Assembly: GCA_013265495.1 (NCBI GenBank)
Contig: MU058213.1
Location: 868,001-932,000 of the forward strand
Length of the DNA stretch: 64,000 bases
Direction of reading: 5' to 3'
Origin: Vicugna vicugna
Taxonomy: Eukaryota
This document shows, piece by piece, positions 13,590-26,219 of this stretch (the stretch's first letter is position 1; each line of letters begins with the position of its first letter). The translations under genes were made by a program, and so were the position numbers. The notes beneath the pieces are model-generated. The model searched no databases. It was given only the letters and a program-made list of their open reading frames with translations, and was not told the origin of the DNA.

Positions 13590-14044
13590 CTGTGAGAAAT
13601 AACATGATGAAAGTTTTTAGCATATTATCAAATATATGCTGGGTACAATCTGGAAAACTAAAAGGATCTCTGCATACAGTTCTACTCAGGGCTTGGTTAG
13701 GGCAAGAGAGGAGAGGGAGCTGGTCTGAAGGCCATTTACCTTTATTATTCAAATTTTTATAATAAGCATGTATTAATGTAATATACATTTTAAGAAGCAG
13801 TATAAATTTGAAAAAGCATGAAAAGTGACAGTACCCCCACTCCTATCCTCTCAAAGTGGCAACAGTTGAGTGTCCTGAGTATTCAGCTAGTCACTTTCTA
13901 TACATATTCTGTGTATGATCTATGTAAGATTTCTATGTTTTGAGATAAGTGATGAACATTAAAAAATCCAAGAGTCAGCACAGAACTAACTGGGCAAAAG
14001 GAAAGTGGGCATGTTTACGCATATGCCTTGTATTCCATGCAAAT

Positions 14045-14431
14045 TAAAAAAAAGCTGGGGTAGCAAACATATCAGTAAGATATATAATATTTATATCAGT
14101 AAGACTTTATCAAAATAGACTTTAAAACAAAGACTGTAACAAGAGACAAAAAAGACATTACATACAGACAAAGGGATCAACTCAGCAAGAAGATACAACA
14201 ATTATAAATACATATACACTCAACATAGGATCACATGAATACACAAAGCAAATATTAACACACATAAAGGCAGAAACTGACAGTAACACAATGAAAGTAG
14301 GAGACTTTAACACCCTATTTACACTAATGGGCAGATCATCCTAACAGAAAACCAATAAGGAAACACTGGCCTTAAATGACACATTAGATCAAATGGTGGA
14401 ATACACACACATACACACACATATACATACA

Positions 14432-14474
<43 letters not shown>

Positions 14475-17400
14475 CAAAACATTCCATTCAAATTCAGCAG
14501 AATATACATTATTTTCAAGTGCACATGGGAAATTCTCCAGGATAGGTCACACGTTATGCCACAAAACAAGTCTCAATATATTTAAGAAGACTGAAATCAT
14601 ATCAAGCATCTTTTCCAGTCACAATGCTATAAGACTAGAAGTAAACTATAAGAAAAAAAACTTGAAAAAACACAAACATGTGGAGGCTAAAAAATATGCC
14701 ACTGAACAACCAATGAGTCAAATCAAAGAAGAAATTTAAAAAATACCTAAAGACAAATAAAAATGGAAACACAATGATCAAGATCTATGGAATACAGCAA
14801 AAGCAGTTCTAAGAGGGAAGTTCGTAGCAATACAAGCCTACTTTGGAAAACAAGAAAAATTTCAAATAAACAATTAAACCTTTTACCTAAAGGAACCAGA
14901 AAAAGAACAAACAAAATCCAATGTTACTAGGAGGGAAAAAAAAGATCAGAGTGGAAATAAATGAAATAGAGACTACAAAACAAAACAAAACAAAAAACCC
15001 AAAACCTGAAACAAGTCAATGAAAGTAAGAGATGATCCTTTGAAAAGATAAACAAAATTGATGAACTATTAGCCAGACTCAAGACAAAAAGAGAAAGGGC
15101 CTAAATAAACAAAATCAGAAATGAAAGAGACGTTACAACTGACACTACACAAAAAAACCATGAGATTACTATGAATAATTATATACCAACAAAATGAACA
15201 ACCAGGAAGAAATGGAAAAATTCCTAGAACTGTACAATCTGTCAAGACTGAATCAGGAAGAAATAGAAAATAGGAGCAGACCGATGACCAGTAATTAAAT
15301 TAAATCAGTAATCAAAAAACTACCAACAAACAAAAATTTAGGACTAGATGGCTTCACAGATTATTTCTACCAAACGTAAGAGTTAACACCTAAATCTATC
15401 TCCTCAATCTGTTCCAAAAGAATTGAAGAGGAAGGAACACTTCCAAATTCATTCAACAAGCCCAGCATCTTCCTGATACCAAAACCAGACAAAGTCACCA
15501 CAAAAAAGAGTACAGGCCAACATCACTGATGAGCATAGTTGCAGAAATCCTCAACAAAATATCTGCAAACTGAATTCAGTTGTACATTAAAAGGATCACA
15601 CACCATAATCACGAGAGATTTATCCCAGGGATGCAAGTATGTTTCACTATTCACAAATCAATCAATATGATACACCACATTAACAAAGTGAAGAATAAAA
15701 ATCATATGATCATCTCAATAGATGTAGAAAACTTTTTGAGAAAATTCAATATCCATTTATGATAAAAACTCTCAACAAAATGCATACAGAGGGAATATAC
15801 CTCAACATAGTAAAGGCCTTATATGACAAACCCACAGACAACATCATAATCAACAATGAAAAGCTAAAAGCATTTCCTCTAAGATTAGAAACAAGACAAG
15901 GATGCCCACTCTTGCCACTTTTATTCAAAATGATATTGAAAATATTAGCCACAGAGATTAGACAAGAAAAAACAAGTGAGAAGAATCCAAATCAAAACAG
16001 AAGAAGTAAAACTCACTGTCTGCAGATGACACGATACTATACACAGAAATCCTTAAGATGCCACCAAAAGACTATTAGAACTAATAAAGGAATTCAGCAA
16101 AGTTGCAGGATAAAAAATTAATATACAGACCACTGGTGTTATTTCTATACATTAATAATAAACTATCAGAGAAATTATGAACATAATCCCATTTACAACT
16201 GTGTCAAAAAGAATAAAATACCTAGAAATAACTCTAACCAAAGAAGTGAAAGACCTGTATTTGGAAGAGACACTGATCAAAGAAACTGAAGATGATACAA
16301 ACAAGATGAAAGATATATCAGGCTCATAAATTGGAAGAATTAATATGGTTAAAATAAACATACTACCCAAGGCAACTACCATATTCAATGCAATCTCTAT
16401 CAGAATACCAAAGGCATTCTTCACAGAACAAAACAAATAATTCTAAAATTTGTAAGGAAACCCAAAAGACACTCATTAGCCAAAGCAATTTTGAGAAAGA
16501 AGTACGAAGTTAGAGGTATCATATGCCCTGATTTCAAACTATACTACAAAGCTACAGTAATCAAAACAGTATGGTACTGGCACAAAACCTGACACATAGA
16601 TCAATGGAATAGAAAGGACAGCCCAGAAAAAAAAAGACTCTTTCATGGTCAATTAATCTACAATAATGAGGCAAGAATATACAACATGGAAAAGACAGTC
16701 TCTTCAACAAATGGTATTGCAAAAACTGGACAGCTACATGCAAAAGAATCAAACTATTTTCTCACACCTCTTAGAAAAATAAACTCAAAATGGATTAAAG
16801 ACTTAAATGTAAAACCTTAATCTCTTAAAAGAAAACACAGGCAGTACATTCTTGACATCAGTCTTAGCAATATTTTTTTGGATCTATCTCCTCAGGCAAG
16901 GGAAGCAAAAGCAAAAATAAACAAATAGAACCACATCAAACTAAAAAGCTTTTGCCTAGTGAAAGAAATTATCAACCAAATGAAATGGAACAACATATTT
17001 GCAAACGATATATCTAATAAGGGGTCAATATCTAAAATACACAAAGAACTCTTACAACTCAAATCATAAAAACAAATGACTTGATTAAAAAATGGGTGGA
17101 GGACCTGAAAAGACATTTTTCCAAAGAAGACATACAGATGGCCAACAGGCACATTTTTCATGGCTCAGCATCACTAATGACCAGAAAAATCCAAGTCAAA
17201 ACCATAATGAGGTATCACTTCACACTGGTCAGAATGGCTATCATCAAAAAGACAACAAACAGTAAGTGTTGGTGAAGATTTGGTGAAAAGGGAGCCCTTC
17301 GTATACTGTTAGTGGGATTGTAAATTGGTGCAACCAGTATGGAAAACAAAACACTAATTTGAAAAGATATATGCACCCTTCTGTTCATTAAAGCATTATT

Positions 17401-17975
17401 TACAAAAGGCCCAGATATGGAAGCAATCTAAGTGTCTACTGATAGGTAAATGGATAAAGAAGATTGGTATGCGTGTGTGCACGTGCGCACGCACGCACAC
17501 ACACAGAGGAGTATGACTTAGCCACAAAAAGGAATGAAATCCTGCCATTTGCAACATGAATGGGGCTTGCAGACGATATGCTAAGTGAAATGTCATACAA
17601 AGATAAATACTGCAATATCTCACTTATGTGTGGAATCCAAAAAACAAAACAAAGAAAGAAACAAAAAAAAATGACAACAGACTCACAGATACAGAGAACA
17701 AATGGATGGTTGCTAGAGGGGAGGGGCATGAAGTGTGTGAAGCAGGTGAAGGGGATTAGGAGGTACAAACTTCAGTTCTAAAATAAATGAAGCATGGGCA
17801 TATGTCTACAACATAAGGAATACAGTTAATAATATTGCAATAACTGTATGGGGACAGATGGTTGCTAGATTTACTGTGGTTGTCATTTCACAATGTATTC
17901 AAATGTCAAATCACTGTGCAATATACCCAAAATTAACATCATATTATACATCAACTATATTTCAATTTTTTTTAA
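14045..17975 (+). mobile_element. ~3.9 kb 5'-truncated L1 (ORF2 plus 3'UTR), antisense to MYO5A
   Basis: ORF2 remnants ([57 protein letters not shown]) with many stops and frameshifts; L1 3' end near 17970. Confidence 0.93.
14401..14476. repeat. (CA)n/(TA)n microsatellite inside L1
   Basis: Direct reading. Confidence 0.9.
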
Positions 17976-18371
17976 AGAATTATCTTTCTTAAAGTAGAAA
18001 AGTCTAAAGAATCATTCAATTCTCAACTAATACGGAAAATTCTCTTATGGAGTACAAGCTCCACAGAATGCATAGAATGTACACCCTGTGAAACAGGGTC
18101 TGTTTTGTAGTGGTTTTATCTTAGTGTCTGGAACATTACACAGGATGCTGGAAAGCATGGATAACTATTTAATGAATGTTAACTGTGGATGACTGTGACT
18201 AATACTGAAATCTACTTTCTGGTAAAATCTTTCTTCAAGATCTGTAGTGTATCTCTGACACGCATGAAGTCAGCTCAGAGACAAGGGCAATAGCTAGATG
18301 CCTTCTTTAGTTCCCTAAAAATCACCTGTGATGAATGTTAAATCATTCCAGAAGAGGGAAAGGTGTTTTAC

Positions 18372-18546
18372 CTGGGCAGTAGTTAGAGCATTGCACATGG
18401 AACAAATGGCTTCTGCATCATCATCTGTTTTCTTTTTCACTTGCAAAAGCTGAGCAGCCTGAATGAGAGGTTCCAGGGTTTCCTTAGCTCCACTGTTCAT
18501 CAGATTCTTGTCACGCAGCCACTCTTCTAGCTGACTGACATTGTAC
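18372..18546 (-). CDS. MYO5A: Myosin Va DIL domain exon ([13 protein letters not shown]...LTTAQ)
   Basis: 175 bp; acceptor gcatag, donor GTAAAA. Confidence 0.96.
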
Positions 18547-19316
18547 CTATGCCAAAAAGAAGGGGGGTGAGTGCAACTTTACTGAATGTCATCAAACTCC
18601 AAGCTCCTGGACTGAATAGCAAGATTCTCACAAAGACCCTGCGCTCTGGCCTTCTTTGGGGAAGAGCCTGGGTGATGGAGGCAGGGGCCTGAAGAACCTT
18701 AGGGATGAGAGGCAAGAAGGGCATGTGGGGGCCGTGGGAAGAGACAAAGACCTCAGATATGGAGAGAGACACAAAAACTACACAGGTGCTAAGGTTTCAA
18801 AAGGTGGTCAAGCAAGTGACAGTTGTTCTCAAACAAGAGTGAGGTAAATGGACCCACAGTCAAGACTTAGTAATCAGGCAAAGGGGGGATTCACAGGTAT
18901 AAGCAGAGCTTGTAGAGAAATAAATTCTACGGCCTGAGTGGGAGGCATTATCCTCTTAACACTATCTACAATGGATGTGAGTCAGAATGGAAAATTTGAA
19001 GAGAATGCCAAGGTTTTCTGAGACTGAGTAACTACAGGCTTTTGTAGGAGAGATCCTTTTTCCCTCTTGGTGATTTTTCTAGCTGTTTTAAAATAAATTA
19101 TTTGCAAAGAAAATTCTATTATGCTAGTAAGGTTATGCAGAGGAGTAGCCGGACAAAAAATTGAGCACATCTTTTCTTAAAATAGAGAGGGGCATATTTT
19201 AAGCATTAGTAAAAGATCTAGTGGACGTGTTCTTATGGCCATAGGTGCAAAAAGATATTCTGTCAAAATAAATTTATTAAGTGCAATCAAACATTAGAAA
19301 TCTTCATTATAGTTCT

Positions 19317-19459
19317 GGGGGGAGGGTATAGCTCAAGCAGTAGAGTGCATGCTTTGCATGCACTAGGTCCTGGGTTCAATCCCAGTACCTCCTCTAAAAA
19401 TAAATAAATAGATAAATAAAACAAATTACCCCCCACCCCCCCAAAAAAAGAAAAAAAAA
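19317..19459 (+). mobile_element. tRNA-derived SINE (camelid Vic-1-like)
   Basis: ggggagggtatagctcaag A-box, gggttcaatccc B-box, A-rich tail; imperfect TSD cttcattatagtt / ctttattacagtt. Confidence 0.85.
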
Positions 19460-19809
19460 CTTTATTACAGTTTGATATTTTGTTATTGTAAAATTAAAAC
19501 ACACACAAAAGGAGAGAAGCAGCTATGTCATCTTTATGTGATTTTCACCATCTCTACTCCCTCAAATGAGTTAGCTTCACTTGGAGCTGGGTTCCTAACA
19601 AGCAGCAAGTTGAAAGGCACAGCCAGGAGCAATCACAAATCACAGCCAGTCAAGAGGAAGTGGCTCCATGTCTGGTCCTCTTCCCTTGCTGCTCGGCCAG
19701 GGGTGGCAGCCCTTGGGTGCACTGACCCCACACAAGCCATGGACTCTCCGCGCCCTGGCGGGCAGTTGGCCAGCATGAAGAGGCCAAGCAGGTGTTGGTG
19801 TTCACTCAC

Positions 19810-20092
19810 CTGATCTGCATGCCTTTACTCCAGGAGCACATGTCCTTCCGCAGGAGCAGGTTGTTCAGGGTGATGGCCCCCACGATGTAGAACATCTGCT
19901 TGACTACCTGCTTGATCAGCTCGGGGTCCATGCCATGCTGACACATGACCGAGTGGAAGGAGTTGAGCTGCCGCAGGATGGAGTCCAGTGTGTAGGTGCC
20001 CTCGTCGGCAATGCTAGAGGTTCGCTTTCTTAGTCCTGTGGGCTTCACCCCAGACACGCCCTGAATGGTTTCATGCTCCAGCATGCCAGACA
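19810..20092 (-). CDS. MYO5A: Myosin Va globular tail/DIL exon ((V)[10 protein letters not shown]...RKRTSS...KGMQI(R))
   Basis: 283 bp; acceptor ctgcag, donor GTGAGT; contains the RKRTSS phosphorylation motif. Confidence 0.97.
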
Positions 20093-20134
20093 CTGCAGGA
20101 GAAGTTCAACTGTCAGAAAAGATTTGGAAGGAAA

Positions 20135-20138
20135 TGCA

Positions 20139-20170
<32 letters not shown>

Positions 20171-20206
20171 TACACAAACAGACACAGACTCAGACACACA
20201 CACACA
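20135..20206. repeat. (CA)/(CG) mixed microsatellite upstream of exon acceptor
   Basis: gcacacacgcacacgcgcacacgcacacgcgcacatacac... Confidence 0.8.
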
Positions 20207-21988
20207 TTCAACTTTAGGAAAATGATTTGAGCATCAAAATAGAGGGAAAAGGAACTTCAAATAAAAGGGTTCCTAGATTTAAAACTTTAACAAGAGAATA
20301 ATTCTTAAATGCAAAAAATTACCGTCGAATTAGCAAATCTTAATGGCCTATTTTCTAAAATATGAAGCAACAGTCTTGTAATAGAACACATGTGTGGTAT
20401 CTAGGAAGGGCTTTTGAGACAGGCATGGAGCAGTCAGGATAAGCATTCTCCAGTAATGTCTGAGCCCCAGAGGCAAACAAATCAGGTAGCAAGAAAGGCA
20501 GGAGAACATGAGGTGCTCTTGGAGAAGACTGGGGAGAGGGCTGTGGGGCTGGAGAGCTGGGCCCTTCCTTGCCCTGAGCTTCCCAGAACAGCAGGGAGAC
20601 CTCAGGCTGCCCTTAGTCTCCCAGGACTTGGACCCCGCGTCTTGGGCACGCTGCTCCCTCCACTGTGCTCTCCTAGCATCTGGCTTATGCCTCCCAAAGG
20701 ACGGTTCTGGAATGCCCACCCCGTGGACTGGGAGCCCCCTGAGAGCAGGGGCCGTTCTCGATTCACTGTTACATGTCCTAGAGCTAAAGACAACTTCCAC
20801 AGACCCTCACACTGACTCAAAACATTTGTCACCATAAAATCACTGGGAGGTGGGGCTAGTGGTTTAAAGTGTGACACCTAAAGGTAAATTTCTTATTTAG
20901 CCAATAAAACCAGGCAAAAGTAGGAAAGAATTGGCTGAAGCTGACCTTCTCTGCATCTGTGTTACTTCTTGCATTTTAGCTGACCTAGGTTGCTTTAAAT
21001 TCATGACCTTTCAGGGGACAACTGAAGATATCATTGCCATCTCCCATGGCTTCCGCAATCTTCTAAGTTTCTAGTTGGTTAACTGTGGGCCTACAGTAGA
21101 AAATGGAATACCAGCAGCCCACAGAGGTGAAATGAAATGTGGAAAACACATGGATGAGGAAGAAAGGGTAGCTGGGAGTAGCCTTAAGAGGCTGTTGATA
21201 CTTTGCCTGAAGATAACATAGTTTGGTAATTTAAAATTAAAAAAACAAATTCAATGCATTCAAAATTAACAGCCGGCAATATGCACATGCCTCCTAATTC
21301 CTATTTCACACCTGCTACACATTCCAAAGGAATATAGGTAGCATGATACAAAAATACACAAGCAGACTGAGTGCACACATATAAAGAAAGGAACATGGAA
21401 TGACACATGTAGAAACACACACACACACACACCCTCAGTTGCTCATCCAATGAGAAACTGCTACTTAAAACCAAACTGCCTTTAACAACTCCACAGGCGC
21501 CATGAGATGCACACCTCAGCATGGAGCATCTGAGACCTGTTCTTGTTGCCATGGTACCTTCCCAGCCCTGTTACTGTACCCTATCAGGCAAAGTGCAAAC
21601 CCTTTCCAGCCTCCTTAGTTTTAGATGGGTCCCCAGGAAGCTCCATGTAGTAGTGCTCTGGACCAAAGTTTAACGTGTTTTTGAGAACTGGACGAGGTAT
21701 GAGGTCTACTGCTGGGTACAAAGTATAACCCCATCTTAAGGGAGAGATGTTACACGCTAGGGAGGAAAACTAGACACTGCCATCTCTATCATGTGGAGGC
21801 AGTGATTTTGATGGAGCCCACTTACTCATGGCTGGGATTCTGGGATTCTTCAGCTAATTTTGGGACTGAGTCCTACTGCTTTATGTTCTCCATATGAACA
21901 CATACTCTGAAACACGTGCCACTGATGGGCATCTACTGGTGGGCATTGAGATGGGCAGACCCCGACGTCAGCAATGCCCTGGCCTTAC

Positions 21989-22139
21989 CGATCATTGGCT
22001 GAAGGATGTTCTCTAACACCCGCACGAGCTGCTGGTAGATCTGAATGGCCAAGTCACTTAGCACCTGCCGGTACTCAGCCAGGTCAAAATTGGTGAGGCA
22101 GTGTTCATTCTGGCGAGACGTGTTGTGTTTCATAAAGCC
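21989..22139 (-). CDS. MYO5A: Myosin Va globular tail exon ([14 protein letters not shown]...LQPMI)
   Basis: 151 bp; acceptor ctccag, donor GTAAGG. Confidence 0.96.
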
Positions 22140-23029
22140 CTGGAGCCACAATGCAGAGTTAATGATACACACGAAATAAAATGTCTCCTACTTTGAGCAG
22201 CATCCGCATGCTCTTTTTTCCTTTCTCCAAAGAGCTTCCATCCATGCTACACATAAGTGCCAGGATAATCATTCTCAAATTCTGTGTGTGTTTGTTTCCA
22301 TCATGTCTCCCTTCTGCTTCTCAATAGCATTTGAATAATATCTAAACTTGGCAGCCTAGCATTTAAGCCTTTTCACTAGCAGTGTCAACAAAACAAGATG
22401 GGGGAACTTAATTTGAAAAAAAATTAAAGAGTGTTTTCACTTATAAAGAAACAGCTGGTTCACTGCCAAACACTAAATTATCTAAAGTACTAATCTCTTA
22501 ACTTTAGTTTACTATATATAGTCCATTTATAAATACTGCACCTTAAAGGCACACATAATCTTCTTAAAACAAAACTGATCAATTTCTACAGAGACTGGTG
22601 AATAAATAAAAAATTTCCCTGTATTATATTTCATGGTATCCACACATGATTCTCGGTTCAAGCTTAGAATGGAATCTTTTGGCAGTACTTGTTAAAATGG
22701 AAAGTCAGCTGTCTAGGCAGGTACTCTGGTCAGGGACTGCCCGACAAGAACAATTACCTACTTGATGGATTCTGCCCACAGTCAAGCATCTGCCTCCCTG
22801 CAACCTACTTACCAACATGGTCTAGAAGTGTGACTGACAGGACAGTTAATAGGCCCTCCGGGGGATTCTGGTCTGTCAGCCCCACCTGCTCAGGGACCAT
22901 GTCTTGCTCACATTTGTATTTCCCATCATCTGTCAGACAGTCCTCTGCTCCTAGTCTCCAGGTGCTCAGAAAGTGCTACTGCTCAGCTTCTCTGCCTGCC
23001 CTCCCAGCAAAGGATTGGGGGACTCGGAG

Positions 23030-23260
23030 AGCAGTGGTCAGGGGCACAGGCTCTCAGAGGTGGGTAGACCCAGAATCCCAGGTCAGCTCCTTACGGCTGA
23101 GAGTACTTGGGCAAAGGGATGAACCTAACTGAGCTTCAGTTTCCTCACCTGTAAAACTGGGTTATAACTCCTACCTTATAGAGATGTTATAAGTATTAAA
23201 TAACATAATGTGTAGCAAATGCTGTCTGATATATATGAAGCAGTCCTTAATAAATAGTAA
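23030..23260 (+). mobile_element. MIR SINE
   Basis: gagcttcagtttcctcacctgtaaaactggg core. Confidence 0.7.
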
Positions 23261-23753
23261 GTCCTAATAAATTACATAGTTTTGAAAGCAACTGATGAAC
23301 ACACCAACTGATGAGCTCACTACTGCATGCAAAGGCAAAACAGATTTTTGGACCAATCTAAAGAGACATGTCTTCATCACCTTTAATGTATTATGGCAAG
23401 CCAAAATTGACTAATTTCTTTAAATAGCTCAATATTCCTTTATTAGTCCTTGAAAAGCCCGCTTTCACATCTTTAAAAAAAGTTTCAGTGCTGGCAACTA
23501 TTCACTGATCAGTGCTCATTTTATTTCTGCTATGCTTTCTCATAATAAAAACTCCTGGAGGGAAGAAACTACGTCATTCCCCACGTCACTGTTTTGTAAA
23601 TAATACGCATCAAACAAAGATACGAACTTTCAAGTCACCTCTGAATTCAGGTTTCTAAATTAACAAATGGTTAAACATTTTGTGCTTTAAGGCTCTTCCT
23701 TAAAAGGTCAGGGAAAGTACAGCATGATGGTTTTATAGTCAAGGTTTTCTCAC

Positions 23754-23843
23754 CTCTTCTCCGCTGTACTGCTTCAAACAGTGCAAAAATCGGCATGTGT
23801 TAGAGAGCCAGAAGGAGACAGTTTCAAAATCATCACCTCTTTT
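23754..23843 (-). CDS. MYO5A: Myosin Va globular tail exon ([30 protein letters not shown])
   Basis: 90 bp; acceptor tttcag, donor GTGAGA. Confidence 0.96.
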
Positions 23844-23962
23844 CTGAAAGAGAGAATAAGCCTAAATTAGCTCTTTCTTTAGGGAAATAACAGCCTGAAA
23901 AAAACTGAACAGATACCAGAAGGCCCATTTCCTTCACTTACCATTAACAACAATTATAAAAA

Positions 23963-23999
23963 TAAGAGTCTCATGCTCTACCGACTGAGCTAGCCGGGC
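23963..23999 (-). pseudogene. Retroposed 5' half of tRNA-Lys(CTT) (tailless retropseudogene)
   Basis: Minus strand GCCCGGCTAGCTCAGTCGGTAGAGCATGAGACTCTTA matches tRNA-Lys-CTT nt 1-37 as recalled; flanked by identical 16-bp direct repeats at 23950-23965 and 24004-24019. Confidence 0.92.
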
Positions 24000-24874
24000 G
24001 CCGACAATTATAAAAATAAATCACATTGCAGCTGTAAAGCCTTACATCACTGCTAAAGAATTTCAACCACTGGGTTCACTGGTTGGTTGTTACTTTGCTT
24101 AGCATCCGTTTTCTTGCCGTTAGAAAATGATGCCCATTCATTCAGATATTAGCTTAGCAGTCCCTTTAAGCAGAAGACAATTCACCAAGCCACAGTTTAC
24201 CTAAACTCACTTCAGAGGGGAGGGTTACTGAAGGGAATCAGAAAGGACTAAAAGCACAAAAGGGAATCACAAATATTTGTGAAGCACTGAAACCCAGATT
24301 AGGTTAAAAATCTTCTCGATGATAAGACACAATTCTGAGCAGCAAATGAGAAACGGGGTGGAGGAAGTCCTGTGCAGAGCAGTGGAGAGCTTGCTCTTCT
24401 TCAGGACTGGGCCACATGTCAAACAACCTCTGCTAAATCAAAACAGGGATGCAAGACAAACACACTTCAGTTCAAAACAGGGATGTGAAACAAATGTACA
24501 CCCACTTTAAATGGTATCAAAAGGGTGTTATGTTCTAGGACTTACTCCTTTTTAATCTTTAAACAATTTGGTACAATTATTAGTCAAGTTAGATAAATGC
24601 CTTCTTGCAATTAAAATGAGAAGGAAAAAACTTCATGATCTGGTTTTGTGGCCTTTGTAGGAGTTGACTTAAGGAGCAGTAAAACTCGTAGTCTATCTAA
24701 ATGTAATACAGCATCAATACACCAAGAATTAAGTGAGTTACATTCAGAAGACATTCATCAATTTTTGAATGTAAATCTTCAGAAATTCCCCCACTTTAGT
24801 AACTGTAGAATGTGACTACACAGAATATCTGTGCAATAGGGACTGAGAACCAGCATTTTTCAAAAGTTATAACC

Positions 24875-25062
24875 AAGGGCTAGGGGGGTGAGTGTGTTTA
24901 ATGGGTACAGAGTTTCAGCTGGGGAAGGTAAAAAAGCTGTGGAGATAGATGGTGGTGATGGCTGCACACCAATATGAATGCACTTAATGCCGAAACTATG
25001 CACCGAAAAATGGTTAAATAGTAAATTTTTAGTTGTGTATGTTTTATCACAATTTAAAAAAA
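24875..25062 (+). mobile_element. L1MB-like 3' end
   Basis: tttaatgggtacagagtttcag...gatggtggtgatggctgcacacc...aaaatggttaa...cacaatttaaaaaaa. Confidence 0.8.
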
Positions 25063-25880
25063 TTGTTCACAAAAGACATCCTAGATTTGAGAGAATCCAA
25101 GAGGCATATTAACTGTTCACTCATCCGCATCCTAAAAGCTCTCGTTAAGTTAGATAATCAGACAGCAAAGTACCCGGAGCACATTCTCTTAGCTCCTCAC
25201 AGAAACAGTTGAGTTAAAACTAAGAATAATGTTCCTTGTTTCTCTAGAGTTGAGAGGATGATTATGCAATGTGACTCAGTGATTACTGGGTTATGTAGGG
25301 CTTTCTGTTCTGTTATATAATTTTGCTGCCTTTCCAAGTCCTTTCTCTCTGCTGAGCTTCCATGTGTTGCTCTCACATGGAACCAGGCACTTTAGGTAAC
25401 AAAAAAAATTATGGGGTGAGTTGGAGAATAATGAGAAGAAAAGCTGGAAGAGAAATTTTTATGTCTTATCAGACCTCTTTTTATATGAATGAGCTATGTA
25501 GTACTGAACTTATTTAACACCTATTTTAACTAGAGCATCATATTCCCTGTATACATGAACTTCACTAAGTATTTTTAATTTAGTTCTAAGTAAGACCTCA
25601 AAGCAGACTATTTCTATAAAGCAACTTAATTTATTCCACAATTAAATGCAGATATATTAAATTAATTTTGATTACTGTTCAACTTGAGCCCTGTTTTGAA
25701 AAAAGGCACACAGACACGTTCCAAGAACGCCCGTTTCCTACAATGGCAGTTACCAGTTACGATTGGAAAGTGGCTGTAACTGGCAACTAAGTGCTCAAGT
25801 GTAAGGAAGGAAAAGTACCCCTGTGCAGACTCTGTCATCATTAATGTGCATTATGAGATTACTGTTGAACATGAACTGAC

Positions 25881-26035
25881 CTTTAATACTTTTTTGATGC
25901 TGTTAATTGTTGATGTTAGCAACGACCTTACTTTCTGATCATCATTCAGGTAGTCAGCGTGTCGAACGCACATAAACAGGATATACGCTGGTAACCCTGG
26001 AATCAAATTGACTGCTACCCCACGTGGCTTCAATT
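25881..26035 (-). CDS. MYO5A: Myosin Va globular tail exon ((E)[17 protein letters not shown]...KKVLK)
   Basis: 155 bp; acceptor tttag, donor GTCAGT. Confidence 0.96.
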
Positions 26036-26219
26036 CTAAAAGAAAGAGGAAAAATAGTCTTACATAACATAGAAAGCCTTCATAAGGAATACTTTTTGAG
26101 ATATAAAAGCACAGTTGTCACGTAAGAGTTCAATCATTTAGGGTATATAGATCATATTAAAAAAAGCATATTTTAATAGCTCATTAAGTGGAGAAATTCT
26201 TGAAGCTATGCAGGGATAT

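Noticed and set aside
14045..17975. L1 reverse transcriptase-like ORFs as an active or domesticated gene
   Set aside because: Fragmented by many stops, frameshifts and a microsatellite insertion
19317..19400. tRNA-like sequences here and at 43775-43853
   Set aside because: Poly-A tails, TSDs and poor cloverleaf pairing indicate SINEs, not functional tRNA genes
20348..20877. Overlapping 91-150 aa ORFs in a GC-richer intronic patch
   Set aside because: No homology recognised, no consistent splice signals; MYO5A frame is complete without them
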